Assembly (NCBI GenBank): GCA_964355275.1
Contig: CAYHCB010000002.1
Location: 6,639 to 70,638, forward strand
Direction: 5' to 3'
From: an uncultured Gammaproteobacteria bacterium
GTDB lineage: Bacteria > Patescibacteriota > Patescibacteriia > Patescibacteriales > UBA12465
Length of the DNA stretch: 64,000 nucleotides
Both the position numbers and the translations under genes were made by a program. Numbering within the stretch: position 1 is the first letter of the stretch; each line of letters starts with the position of its first letter. Under the pieces are notes generated by a model, which was given only the letters and a program-made list of their open reading frames with translations, did no database searches and was not told the DNA's origin. Below, in pieces: positions 46,001 to 54,777 of this stretch.

Positions 46001-46720
46001 ATGATTATTGGTGGACTTGAAAAAATGACCTTAATAGATTATCCAGGACAATTGGCAGCGATTGTTTTTACCAAAGGTTGTAATTTTCGTTGTCATTTTT
46101 GCTATAACCCCCTGCTTGTCTGGCCCGAGAGGGAAACAGACGAAAAAAAATATGAAAAGACTTATCCTAGTATTTCTGAGGATGAGTTTTTTCTTTTTTT
46201 GAGAAGTCGTCAGGGTAAATTAGACGGTGTAGTAATTACTGGTGGAGAGCCAACGATTCACGCCGATCTATCAGTTTTTATAAAAAAAATAAGAGCCTTA
46301 GGTTATAAAATAAAATTAGATACAAATGGGACTAACCCAAAAGTTTTAACCAAACTTTTAAAAGAAAATCTTTTAGATTATGTGGCAATGGATTTAAAGG
46401 CACCATTTAATAAATATGAAAGTGTTGTTGGAGTAAAAGTGAACTGTCAGGATTTAGAAAAAAGTGTTAAAATGATAATTAATAGTCAGGTCCCTCATGA
46501 ATTTAGAACTACCGTTGTCCCTGGTTTGCTTAATTTAGAAGACTTTGTGGTAATGGGTAAAATAATTAAAGGAGCGAGTGCCTGGTATTTGCAAAAATTT
46601 AAATCAGATACCGAGTTAGTTGATCGTAAACTTGAAAAAAAATCTTCATTTTCTGATAAAGATATGGCCGAGATGGTTAAAGTGGGGATGGCTTATGTTA
46701 AAATTTGTGATTTAAGATAA
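46001..46720 (+). CDS. nrdG: Anaerobic ribonucleotide reductase activating protein (radical SAM)
   Basis: DYPGQLAAIVFTKGCNFRCHFCYN (CxxxCxxC radical-SAM cluster), GVVITGGEPT. Adjacent to nrdD. Confidence 0.9.
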   Translation: MIIGGLEKMTLIDYPGQLAAIVFTKGCNFRCHFCYNPLLVWPERETDEKKYEKTYPSISEDEFFLFLRSRQGKLDGVVITGGEPTIHADLSVFIKKIRALGYKIKLDTNGTNPKVLTKLLKENLLDYVAMDLKAPFNKYESVVGVKVNCQDLEKSVKMIINSQVPHEFRTTVVPGLLNLEDFVVMGKIIKGASAWYLQKFKSDTELVDRKLEKKSSFSDKDMAEMVKVGMAYVKICDLR

Positions 46721-46724
46721 AGAT

Positions 46725-46991
46725 ATGGAAACTGAAATAAAAAATGAAGTAGATAAAGGGAAAGAATCATCGGCTCTGCTTATAGAGCAAAATGAACTTT
46801 TACGTCATAATTTAGAAGTCAGTCAGGAGATTTTAGAAAAGACAGATATTATTAAAAATTATGTAAAATGGCAGAAAGTTTGGTCAACGGTTCGTTTACT
46901 CCTTATTTTAGTGCCTCTTTTAATTGGTTTTTTATACTTACCCCCACTTATTAAAAATTATTTAGATCAATTTTCTTCTTTATATAAATAA
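46725..46991 (+). CDS. Small protein with an N-terminal coiled coil and a C-terminal TM (88 aa)
   Basis: Stop is 4 nt before the start of the VirD4-like ATPase, suggesting possible translational coupling. TM: VWSTVRLLLILVPLLIGFLYL. Confidence 0.4.
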   Translation: METEIKNEVDKGKESSALLIEQNELLRHNLEVSQEILEKTDIIKNYVKWQKVWSTVRLLLILVPLLIGFLYLPPLIKNYLDQFSSLYK

Positions 46992-46994
46992 AAT

Positions 46995-49091
46995 ATGAGT
47001 AATAGTGAAATAGCAGTTTTTGCTCAAACAACTTTTAGAAACGAATTTAAAAAATTCGGAATTAAAACCGACGATAGACGTCGTCATATGTATTTGATTG
47101 GAAAAACTGGTATGGGCAAATCAACAGTTTTAGAAAACATGATAATAGATGATATTAGAGCGGGACGAGGAGTGGCGGTTGTTGATCCCCATGGTGATTT
47201 AGCTGAAAAAATAATGCAATATATTCCTGCTGAGCGAGTAAAAGATGTGGTTTATTTTAACCCAGCTGACATGGAATATCCAATTGCTTTTAACGTCGTG
47301 GAGCAAGTAGAACATCACTTACAACATTTAGTCGCTTCTGGATTAATTGGTGTCTTTCAAAAATTATGGGCTGATTCCTGGGGGCCTCGTTTGGAATATA
47401 TTTTACGTAATGCTATCTTAGCCATTTTAGATTTTCCAGGTTCTACTTTATTGGGGGTTGTTAGAATGCTAAGCGATAAAGCTTATCGTAAAAGAGTAGT
47501 TTCTAATATCAAAGATCCGGTTGTTAAAGCCTTTTGGGAAAAAGAGTTTGCTAGTTATGCTGATAAATTTGCTTCCGAAGCTGTTTCGCCTATTCAAAAT
47601 AAAGTGGGACAATTTTTATCTAGCGCTTTAATGAGAAATATTGTTGGCCAAGTAAAATCATCGATAGATTTGCGCGACATCATGGATAATGGAAAAATTC
47701 TTATTATGAATTTATCTAAGGGCCGTATTGGTGAAGATAATTCTGCTTTACTGGGAGCGATGATGATTACTAAGATTCAATTAGCGGCGATGAGCCGGGT
47801 AGATATTCCTGAAAAAGAACGTCGCGATTTTTATTTGTATATTGATGAATTTCAAAATTTTTCTACTGACTCATTTGCAAATATTCTATCTGAAGCTAGA
47901 AAATATCGTTTAGATTTAATTTTAGCTCATCAATATATTGAACAATTAACCGAAAAAGTTAAACCGGCTGTTTTTGGTAACGTGGGGACAATGATCTCTT
48001 TTAGAGTGGGGGCTTCTGATGCTGAAGAATTGGCCAAAGAATTCATGCCGACTTTTAATGAAGAAGATTTAGTTAACCTGCCAAAATATGAGATGTATTT
48101 AAAACTAATGATTGATGGTATTACCTCGGCGCCATTTTCTGCTCGCGGTTTACCGCCACTTACTGACGAAGAGCGCACCGGACAAGAAGAAAACACGATT
48201 AGATTTTCTCGAGAAAAATATGCTACACCTCGCAGTATTGTTGAGGAAAGAATTATGAGTTGGCACGAAAGTTCTGACGAAGGTGATAAACGAGTTGAGC
48301 GCCCCGCTACAGTTAATATTCCTTCAGCTAGCGGCAATAACGTAAATAGTAAAATTATTCCTAGTACTCGCAATTATGAACCACAGGGCGGTGAGGGCTA
48401 TCGGACTAATTGTGCTTTATGTAATAATGTTACCTTTACCCCATTTGAGCCAGATGGAGTACGACCAGTTTTTTGTAAACAATGTTTAAGTAAGAAAAAA
48501 GAAGAGCGTAAAATAGAAATGGAAAAAAATCAACCAGCCAAACAGGCGACGACGGTAAATCCTGTCGCTAATCTGGCAGTTTCCCCAAAGATGGTGGCTA
48601 CGCCAACAATTCCGGCTACCACCACTACCACTACTACTACGGTAACGGCGACAACTTTAGTTGAAGCGCCTGTTAAAAAAACAAATAATATTCCAGCTAC
48701 CCCTAAGACTAGTTATAGCAATGAAGCCGGACAAAATAGTAAAAGAATAATAAATAATTCTCAGATACCCCCTCGTCAATCGACTAATCAGGCGGCTAAT
48801 GTAAATATTTTACGACCCCTTAAACCTCAGGCCCCTATTAAACCGCAACCTTTTAGACCATCAAGTATGGCTAGTTTTGAGGTTCCAGAAAAACCGGTGG
48901 CGACGATGTCTTTAGGAGACTTAAGTTCAGCTCAACCATTAAATTTTAAAGGACGACCGGATATGGTTAAAACTGATAAAAATATCACCGAAGTTAATGA
49001 CAAAGATGATGGAGAATTATTAGCTAATTGGCCTGCTGGCGATAATTGGCAAGAAGGAGAAGAGATTAACCTAAATAAACAAGACAAATAA
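46995..49091 (+). CDS. VirD4/TraG/TraD-like (type IV coupling-protein-like) P-loop ATPase with a C-terminal 4-Cys zinc ribbon and a low-complexity Thr/Pro tail
   Basis: Walker A GKTGMGKST, VVDPHGDL, Walker B FYLYIDEFQNF, ARKYRLDLILAHQYIEQL (TraG-D_C-like). CALCNNVTFTPFEPDGVRPVFCKQC at nt 48411-48485. TTTTTTTVTATT run. Confidence 0.7.
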   Translation: MSNSEIAVFAQTTFRNEFKKFGIKTDDRRRHMYLIGKTGMGKSTVLENMIIDDIRAGRGVAVVDPHGDLAEKIMQYIPAERVKDVVYFNPADMEYPIAFNVVEQVEHHLQHLVASGLIGVFQKLWADSWGPRLEYILRNAILAILDFPGSTLLGVVRMLSDKAYRKRVVSNIKDPVVKAFWEKEFASYADKFASEAVSPIQNKVGQFLSSALMRNIVGQVKSSIDLRDIMDNGKILIMNLSKGRIGEDNSALLGAMMITKIQLAAMSRVDIPEKERRDFYLYIDEFQNFSTDSFANILSEARKYRLDLILAHQYIEQLTEKVKPAVFGNVGTMISFRVGASDAEELAKEFMPTFNEEDLVNLPKYEMYLKLMIDGITSAPFSARGLPPLTDEERTGQEENTIRFSREKYATPRSIVEERIMSWHESSDEGDKRVERPATVNIPSASGNNVNSKIIPSTRNYEPQGGEGYRTNCALCNNVTFTPFEPDGVRPVFCKQCLSKKKEERKIEMEKNQPAKQATTVNPVANLAVSPKMVATPTIPATTTTTTTTVTATTLVEAPVKKTNNIPATPKTSYSNEAGQNSKRIINNSQIPPRQSTNQAANVNILRPLKPQAPIKPQPFRPSSMASFEVPEKPVATMSLGDLSSAQPLNFKGRPDMVKTDKNITEVNDKDDGELLANWPAGDNWQEGEEINLNKQDK

Positions 49092-49144
49092 TTTACCGCC
49101 GTATCTTATTTTTCCTCAGAAATAGATTGGTGACTGATAATTTT

Positions 49145-49717
49145 ATGTATTTATTTTTTGATACGGAGACAACTGGTTTACCCAAGGACTATAAAGCCCC
49201 AGCTTCAGATTCTTTAAATTGGCCACGATTGGTTCAAATTGCTTGGAGTTGGTATGACGCTGAAGGTAATATTTGGGAGAGCGAAAGTTATATCATTAAA
49301 CCTAATGGTTTTATAATTCCTGAAGAAGTGGCTAAAATACATCGCGTAACTCAAGAAAGGGCGGAATTAGAAGGAGTTGATTTAGAGGTGGCTCTTAAAC
49401 ATTTTTCACAGGAACTTAAAAAAGCAGAATTTTTAGTGGCGCATAACATTGATTTTGATGATAAAATTGTTAGTGCTGAATTTTTTCGTTTAAATATGGA
49501 AAATTTATTAGAAAATACTCCTAAAATATGTACCATGAAAAGTAGCGTTAACTTCTGTCGTATTCCTAATAGTTATGGACGCTATAAATGGCCAAATTTA
49601 GATGAATTACATAATAGCTTGTTTGGTGTTGGTTTTTCTGATGCCCACGACGCTTTAGTTGATGTCGGTGCTTGCGCTAAATGCTTTTTTGAGCTAAAAA
49701 ATAGGAACGCTATCTAA
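49145..49717 (+). CDS. DEDDh 3'-5' exonuclease (DnaQ/epsilon-like, stand-alone)
   Basis: ExoI FFDTETTGL, ExoII LVAHNIDFDDKIV, ExoIII HDALVDVGACAKCF. ATG 49145 is preferred over TTG 49127. Confidence 0.8.
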   Translation: MYLFFDTETTGLPKDYKAPASDSLNWPRLVQIAWSWYDAEGNIWESESYIIKPNGFIIPEEVAKIHRVTQERAELEGVDLEVALKHFSQELKKAEFLVAHNIDFDDKIVSAEFFRLNMENLLENTPKICTMKSSVNFCRIPNSYGRYKWPNLDELHNSLFGVGFSDAHDALVDVGACAKCFFELKNRNAI

Positions 49718-49736
49718 AAGTTTTTATTTAAAATAA

Positions 49737-51320
49737 ATGACAGATTATCTTAAAATTGGCAAGGCTACAGAACTTAAGGGGAGGGATTATAGATTATATC
49801 GTGGGCTGGAAATGGTTCCCGGTATTTTATCGCTAGGAACATTATTAATTTTAATTGTTCTTTCTTTTTTTAAGCCAGTTTGGGTGGCTTATTTTTTAAT
49901 TGCCTTTGATGTTTATTGGTTGCTTCAAGTAATATATTTAGCTTTGTATTTAGTTTCTTCATATCTTAAAGTGCAAAAAAATACAAAAATTAATTGGCAA
50001 GAGAAATGTCAGACATTAACTAGCGATAGCTCTGATCTACCAAGCGATTGTTTAGCAAGAAATGGTGTGAAGTGGGAAGAGTTGCATCATTTAATTATTT
50101 TACCAAATTATAATGAAGACATAGATATTATTCGTACTTGCCTTAAGGCTTTGCTTGATGATGGCTTTCCTCCGGAACAAATGATGGTGGCGCTCGCCAT
50201 GGAAGAGCGTGCTGGAGCAGAAGCTCATACTAGAGCAGAAATAATTAGACAAGAATTTTCTACAAAATTTAGACGTTTTATAATTACCTTTCACCCAGAT
50301 GGTATTATTGGTGAGTTAAAAGGAAAAGGAGCTAATCAGGCTTGGTGTGGTAAACAGGTTAAGGCGGAAATTATTGATCAGGAAAATATTCCTTATGATA
50401 AAATTTTAGTCTCGGTTTTTGATATTGATACAATCGTGCGACCAGGATACTTTTTCGCCCTGTCTTATAAATTTTTAACAATTTCTAATCCTTACCGAGC
50501 TTCTTATCAACCGGTTCCGGTTTATCATAATAATATTTGGGGAGCGCCATTTTTTTCACGGGTTGCGGCCGCTTCTAATACTTTTTGGCAAATGATGATG
50601 CAGATTAGGCAAGAGAAATTAGTTACCTATTCTTCTCATTCAATGACTTTTAAAGCTTTAGTTGATATTGGTTTTTGGTCAACTAAAATGGTTAGCGAGG
50701 ATTCTCGAATATTTTTTCATTGTTTAGTTTATTATAAAGGAGATTATCGAGTAGAACCGCTTTACGTAATGGTTTCTATGGACGCTACCGCGGATAAGAG
50801 TTTTTTGAGAACGGCGCGAAGTCTTTATAAACAACAACGTCGCTGGGCTTGGGGTGCCGAAAATGTTGCTTATCTTATTTTCAATTTTTTAAAGATGAAG
50901 CGAGAGCCAGGAGATAATAAAAGAAGAGTTTTTAGTCATATTTTAATTCAGCTTTATGGTTTTCATTCTTGGGGGACTAGTGCTTTAATTATTGCCGTTA
51001 TCGGTTGGTTACCGATGTTACTTGGCGGCGATAGTTTTAATTCATCAGTGCTGTCTGGTAATTTGCCAGCCATTTCAACCAATTTAATGAACCTCGCAAT
51101 GATTGGCATGATTTTATCAGCAGTTGTTTCTAATTTATTATTACCTAAAAGACCTAAAAAATATTCTGCTTGGAAAAGTGTAGCCATGGTTGTTGAGTGG
51201 GTTTTTGTGCCAGTAACAATAGTTATTTTTGGTGCTATTCCTTGTTTAGATGCTCAAATACGTTTGATGTTTGGTAAGTATATGGGTTTTTGGGTAACGC
51301 CAAAAGAACGCCGTGATTAA
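49737..51320 (+). CDS. Membrane-embedded family-2 glycosyltransferase, processive (cellulose/chitin-synthase-like) type
   Basis: ILPNYNEDIDII, DxD-like VFDIDT, SEDSRIF, QQRRWAWG (QxxRW). TM segments flank the catalytic domain. Confidence 0.72.
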   Translation: MTDYLKIGKATELKGRDYRLYRGLEMVPGILSLGTLLILIVLSFFKPVWVAYFLIAFDVYWLLQVIYLALYLVSSYLKVQKNTKINWQEKCQTLTSDSSDLPSDCLARNGVKWEELHHLIILPNYNEDIDIIRTCLKALLDDGFPPEQMMVALAMEERAGAEAHTRAEIIRQEFSTKFRRFIITFHPDGIIGELKGKGANQAWCGKQVKAEIIDQENIPYDKILVSVFDIDTIVRPGYFFALSYKFLTISNPYRASYQPVPVYHNNIWGAPFFSRVAAASNTFWQMMMQIRQEKLVTYSSHSMTFKALVDIGFWSTKMVSEDSRIFFHCLVYYKGDYRVEPLYVMVSMDATADKSFLRTARSLYKQQRRWAWGAENVAYLIFNFLKMKREPGDNKRRVFSHILIQLYGFHSWGTSALIIAVIGWLPMLLGGDSFNSSVLSGNLPAISTNLMNLAMIGMILSAVVSNLLLPKRPKKYSAWKSVAMVVEWVFVPVTIVIFGAIPCLDAQIRLMFGKYMGFWVTPKERRD

Positions 51321-51391
51321 GTTAGAATTTTTTTCTTTAGTCTGCTATATTATAAGTAACTATTTTTTCTTCATTTTAAAAAATAATTTTC

Positions 51392-51817
51392 ATGATTAAT
51401 CGTTCTTATGGCCTTAGCCCGGCTGACAGAAGACAAAGTAATCAACCGTTTTGGCAGCGCTTTTTAATGAGCCAACGTTTTTTGGCTATGGTCTTTTTAT
51501 TGATTTTAGTGGCGATTGCTTTCCCTTTAGTTCGTAGTTTTAGCCAACGTAAAATGATTGAAAAGGAGATCGCTGAAATGAAACGAGACAACGAGATTTA
51601 TCGTAATAAAAGTCAGGAGCTTAAAGCAATGATTGATTATTTACAATCAGATGCTTCACTTGAAGAACAGGCAAGGCTTAATTTAGGATTAAAAAAACCA
51701 GATGAATTGGTGGTGGTAGTTAATCGTCCAAAAAATATAGAAATTTCAAGTTCAACTGTTCCCGAAGAAAGCCGTATTATTAATTGGCGTCTTTGGCTAC
51801 ATTATTTTTTTAAATAA
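51392..51817 (+). CDS. FtsB/DivIC-like septum formation initiator
   Basis: N-terminal TM followed by a coiled coil and EEQARLNLGLKKPDELVVVV, which matches the FtsB/DivIC C-terminal pattern. Confidence 0.65.
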   Translation: MINRSYGLSPADRRQSNQPFWQRFLMSQRFLAMVFLLILVAIAFPLVRSFSQRKMIEKEIAEMKRDNEIYRNKSQELKAMIDYLQSDASLEEQARLNLGLKKPDELVVVVNRPKNIEISSSTVPEESRIINWRLWLHYFFK

Positions 51818-51853
51818 AAAAAACCAAGACTTATGTTAGTTCTTGGTTTTTTA
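51816..51853. terminator. Bidirectional terminator between the ftsB-like gene and tRNA-Thr
   Basis: aaaaaaAACCAAGACttatgttaGTCTTGGTTttttt: 9-bp perfect stem. Confidence 0.8.
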
Positions 51854-51859
51854 TTTTTG

Positions 51860-51932
51860 AGCCGAGAATGGGAGTCGAACCCACGACCTACACGTTACGA
51901 GTGTGTTGCTCTACCAGCTGAGCTATCTCGGC
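51860..51932 (-). tRNA. tRNA-Thr (anticodon CGU)
   Basis: Reverse complement GCCGAGATAGCTCAGCTGGTAGAGCAACACACTCGTAACGTGTAGGTCGTGGGTTCGACTCCCATTCTCGGCT folds as a cloverleaf: 7-bp acceptor, GCTC/GAGC D-stem, CT-CGT-AA anticodon loop, GTTCGACTC T-loop. No encoded CCA. Confidence 0.9.
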
Positions 51933-52068
51933 AATTTAAAGAGAATCATTTTAATTATAGTTGTAACGGTCTCTCAAAGTCAATTATAGTTTATTAAGAA
52001 TATAGTTTCTTCAGCTTACTATGCTATAATAATTAAAGTTACGATCTGCAAATTTTAAAAAATGAAAT

Positions 52069-52749
52069 ATGATTAAATTTCAAAACGCCTCTAAGTCGTA
52101 CGCTAATAAAATAAAGATTTTACGAGGAGTTAACCTACATATTAAAGTTGGTGAGTTTGCTTCAATTGTTGGTCAGTCTGGTGCTGGTAAAACAACTCTT
52201 GTAAAAGTTTTAATTGGTGAAGAGAGAATTGATGAGGGGCGCGTTATTGTTGGTGATTGGGATATTACTAAATTAAGTCGTCACGATGTGCCATTTTTAC
52301 GTCGCCAAATAGGTGTTATTTTTCAAGATTTCAAATTACTTCCTAAAAAAACATTAAAAGAAAATATTGCTTTTGCTTTAGAGGTTTGTGGAACGCCCTC
52401 AGCTAAAATAAAAAAAATAGTACCAAGTGTTTTAAAAATAGTAGGCTTACAAGATAAGGGGAATCGTTATCCGCGTGAAGTGTCCGGCGGAGAACAACAA
52501 CGAGCAGCAATCGCCCGTGCTTTAGTTCATCAACCAAAAATTCTTTTGGCCGATGAGCCAACCGGTAATTTAGATGCGATAAACGCTGATGAAATTATTG
52601 ATTTATTACTTCGAATTAATAAATTTGGCACTACGGTTATACTTGTAACTCATAATAAAGATATTGTTAATCGTTTAGGTCGTCGCGTTATTACTATGGA
52701 TAAAGGGGTGATTATTTCTGACCAGGAACGTGGTAAATATTTACTTTAA
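52069..52749 (+). CDS. ftsE: Cell division ATP-binding protein FtsE
   Basis: Walker A GQSGAGKTT, ABC signature VSGGEQQRAAIARAL, Walker B ILLADEPTGNLD. Followed by ftsX. Confidence 0.9.
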   Translation: MIKFQNASKSYANKIKILRGVNLHIKVGEFASIVGQSGAGKTTLVKVLIGEERIDEGRVIVGDWDITKLSRHDVPFLRRQIGVIFQDFKLLPKKTLKENIAFALEVCGTPSAKIKKIVPSVLKIVGLQDKGNRYPREVSGGEQQRAAIARALVHQPKILLADEPTGNLDAINADEIIDLLLRINKFGTTVILVTHNKDIVNRLGRRVITMDKGVIISDQERGKYLL

Positions 52750-52771
52750 TTATATAACTTAAAAATTTTAT

Positions 52772-53680
52772 ATGCTGTCTCTTCTTCGCATAATCAAATT
52801 TAGTTTTCAGGATATAGTTCGTAATATCTGGTTATCAATTGTTACTATAACAATTTTGATTCTAGCGCTTTTTTCTATTAATACTTTGCTGACTGTTCAA
52901 CTAATTAGTCAAAATGCGGTGAGTGCTGTTAAGCAAAAGATAAATATTAGTTTATATTTTAAAGCTGATGCTTCAGAGGCGATGATTTTAGATGTTCGTC
53001 AAAAAGTAGAGGCCCTACCGGATGTAAAAGAGGCCACATTTATTTCTAAAAGTATAGCGCTAGAAACTTTTCGTAATAAGAATAAAAATAATCCAGAAAT
53101 TTTAAATGCGTTAAAAGAATTAGGTAAAAATCCTTTATCGCCATCACTTATTATTATTCCGAAAAATTTTGATAATTCGGCTAATCTAATTACCTCTTTA
53201 AAAATTATGGAGAGTGACGCGATTGAGTCTCGAGATTTTTCTGATAATTCTGCCATTTTAGAAAAGATAAATTTTGTTACTTCCAAGGTTAATGAGATTG
53301 GCATGTTTTTGATTGCGATTTTTGTTTTAACCAGTTTGCTGGTTGTTTACAATGCTATTAGGGTAGCTATTTATACCCATCGTCAGGAAATTGAGATTAT
53401 GCGGCTGGTTGGTGCGTCTAACTTTTTTATTTATATGCCCTATTTATTCTCTGCTTTTGTTTACGCATTAGTCTCTATACTAATAACTATTGTTTCGTTT
53501 TATCCTTTCTTAACTGTTTTGCAACCTTATCTAGAGGTATTTTTTACCGGCTATAGTGTAAATATTTTAAATTATTATGTAGATAATTTTTTAGTTATTT
53601 TTGGTTTACAATTTATATCAGTTTTTGGCATTACTTTAATTGCCAGTCTGTTGGCTGCTAGAAAATATGCTAAGATTTAA
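52772..53680 (+). CDS. ftsX: Cell division permease-like protein FtsX
   Basis: N-terminal TM, periplasmic-loop domain, then three C-terminal TM with RQEIEIMRLVGASNFFI (FtsX signature). Confidence 0.85.
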   Translation: MLSLLRIIKFSFQDIVRNIWLSIVTITILILALFSINTLLTVQLISQNAVSAVKQKINISLYFKADASEAMILDVRQKVEALPDVKEATFISKSIALETFRNKNKNNPEILNALKELGKNPLSPSLIIIPKNFDNSANLITSLKIMESDAIESRDFSDNSAILEKINFVTSKVNEIGMFLIAIFVLTSLLVVYNAIRVAIYTHRQEIEIMRLVGASNFFIYMPYLFSAFVYALVSILITIVSFYPFLTVLQPYLEVFFTGYSVNILNYYVDNFLVIFGLQFISVFGITLIASLLAARKYAKI

Positions 53681-53746
53681 AGTAGTTTGACTTGTTACTG
53701 GAAATGCCATATTATAAAGGCAGTTTTCTATAAACTGTCTTTTAAT

Positions 53747-53817
53747 TCGGGGATCGTCTAATGGTAGGACAGCGGCCTTTGAAGCCGTCGATCTAGGTTC
53801 GAATCCTGGTCCCCGAG
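53747..53817 (+). tRNA. tRNA-Gln (anticodon UUG); its 3' part is the integration target of the downstream element
   Basis: TCGGGGATCGTCTAATGGTAGGACAGCGGCCTTTGAAGCCGTCGATCTAGGTTCGAATCCTGGTCCCCGAG: 7-bp acceptor TCGGGGA/TCCCCGA, CT-TTG-AA anticodon loop, GGTTCGAATCC T-arm. Confidence 0.9.
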
Positions 53818-53822
53818 CATAA
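53802..53822 (+). repeat. attL: 21-bp direct repeat (T-loop to 3' end of tRNA-Gln plus 5 nt)
   Basis: aatcctggtccccgagcataa is identical to 60047-60067. Confidence 0.9.
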
Positions 53823-53870
53823 CAAAAAAAACATATCGTATGATGTGTTTTTTTGTTATATGCCTCGGGG
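53811..53870. terminator. Extended imperfect palindrome / bidirectional terminator spanning the tRNA-Gln 3' end and the element left end
   Basis: ccccgagcataacaaaaaaaACATATCgtatGATGTGTtttttttgttatatgcctcgggg. The inner 7-bp stem (one G-U pair) has A/T tracts, and the outer arms ccccgag.cat.aac pair imperfectly with gtt.at.atg.cctcgggg. Confidence 0.6.
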
Positions 53871-53906
53871 AGAATGGGATGTAGTTGGAACGGCACTTTT
53901 TAATTT

Positions 53907-54758
53907 TTAAATAGTTTTTGACACCAACGGCACATTACCTTGCGCTATAGGAGGCTTTGCCTGTACTAATGTTTTATTTTGAATCAATGGTGTTTTTGGA
54001 ACAAATAAATAATCATTAGATTCAAATATAGCTCTATCTTGAATTACTAGTTTTCTATCTAAATATTTTATTAAATTATCTGCTACAACTTTATGGTCTC
54101 CAACCATTTTTTTGTAATATTCACATCTTGTTATATCATCAAAAGTCCATCCAACAGTTGATTGAAAATTTTCTTTTTTTACAAAATCAACCATTTCATT
54201 TAAATAATTTTTTGCTACTCCCATATTTTCAACCATAAGGGCTCTGAATACCCTTAAATAGTAAAAAATCATATAATCTCTTGGTTCTTCTAATACATTT
54301 TTTTGAAAAGACTTCTTTTTTTCAAGACAACTAATAATCTCATCAAAGTCTTGGATTTGACCTGCTATTAAAAATGCCTCAGCTAAATTAAAAAATACAG
54401 TACTGTTTCTTTTTATATAAAGCGCTTCTTTCCATGAACTTATTGCATTAAAATAACGCATATTTTTTAAATGAGATAAACCTATTTCTTCCAACTTTGA
54501 AAACCTGGATTCAGTGAGTTGTGTCAAAGCAAAAAATGTTGCTATTATACCAAAAATAAGCGCTATACATTGAAAAGCCAGACTTAATGCTGTTAATCTG
54601 TTATCCCACGTAGAAATTTTAGGAATAATTACTAATAAAGCAATTAAGGCTATTACTATTAGTGATGAAGAAGAAAACCAGAATCTAAACGAAAAAGTGG
54701 GATATTTGAAAATTCGTTCAAAAAGACTTTTTTTTCTTTTTTTATATTCTATTCTCAT
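53907..54758 (-). CDS. Element cargo: 2-TM membrane protein with a cytoplasmic TPR-like helical-repeat domain (283 aa)
   Basis: Basic N-terminus and two hydrophobic helices (SLIVIALIALLVIIP; LAFQCIALIFGIIATFFAL), then helical repeats (YFNAISSWKEALYIKRNSTVFFNLAEAFLIAGQ...). Starts 19 nt downstream of the NTPase gene on the same strand. Confidence 0.5.
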   Translation of the reverse strand: MRIEYKKRKKSLFERIFKYPTFSFRFWFSSSSLIVIALIALLVIIPKISTWDNRLTALSLAFQCIALIFGIIATFFALTQLTESRFSKLEEIGLSHLKNMRYFNAISSWKEALYIKRNSTVFFNLAEAFLIAGQIQDFDEIISCLEKKKSFQKNVLEEPRDYMIFYYLRVFRALMVENMGVAKNYLNEMVDFVKKENFQSTVGWTFDDITRCEYYKKMVGDHKVVADNLIKYLDRKLVIQDRAIFESNDYLFVPKTPLIQNKTLVQAKPPIAQGNVPLVSKTI

Positions 54759-54777
54759 ATTTTTTATATTTATTTTT

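Noticed and set aside
48618-48656. Run of ACC/ACT/ACG codons (TTTTTTTVTATT) that looks like a microsatellite.
   Set aside because: It is an in-frame low-complexity Thr tract within the ATPase tail. It is not a CRISPR or non-coding repeat. No spacer-repeat periodicity exists anywhere in the window.
12603-49144. Longer N-terminal extensions suggested by the ORF track: ruvB 12603, lepB 14806 (TTG), rpsU 16738 (GTG), secF 36293, ftsA 40167 (TTG), nrdR 43131 (GTG), exonuclease 49127 (TTG).
   Set aside because: The extensions overlap upstream genes or add non-conserved residues before canonical N-termini. Downstream ATGs give N-termini that match the conserved family starts.
53862-53895. cctcggggagaatgggatgtagttggaac resembles the 3' end of the minus-strand tRNA-Thr (ccgagaatgggagtcgaaccc), suggesting a tRNA remnant.
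   Set aside because: Only a 10-nt block (gagaatggga) is shared and no cloverleaf can be drawn. The cctcgggg part is better explained as the outer arm of the attL palindrome.
53636-53896. 86-aa minus-strand ORF.
   Set aside because: It overlaps the ftsX 3' end, the whole tRNA-Gln and the attL/terminator palindrome, so it is an artefact of structured non-coding sequence.
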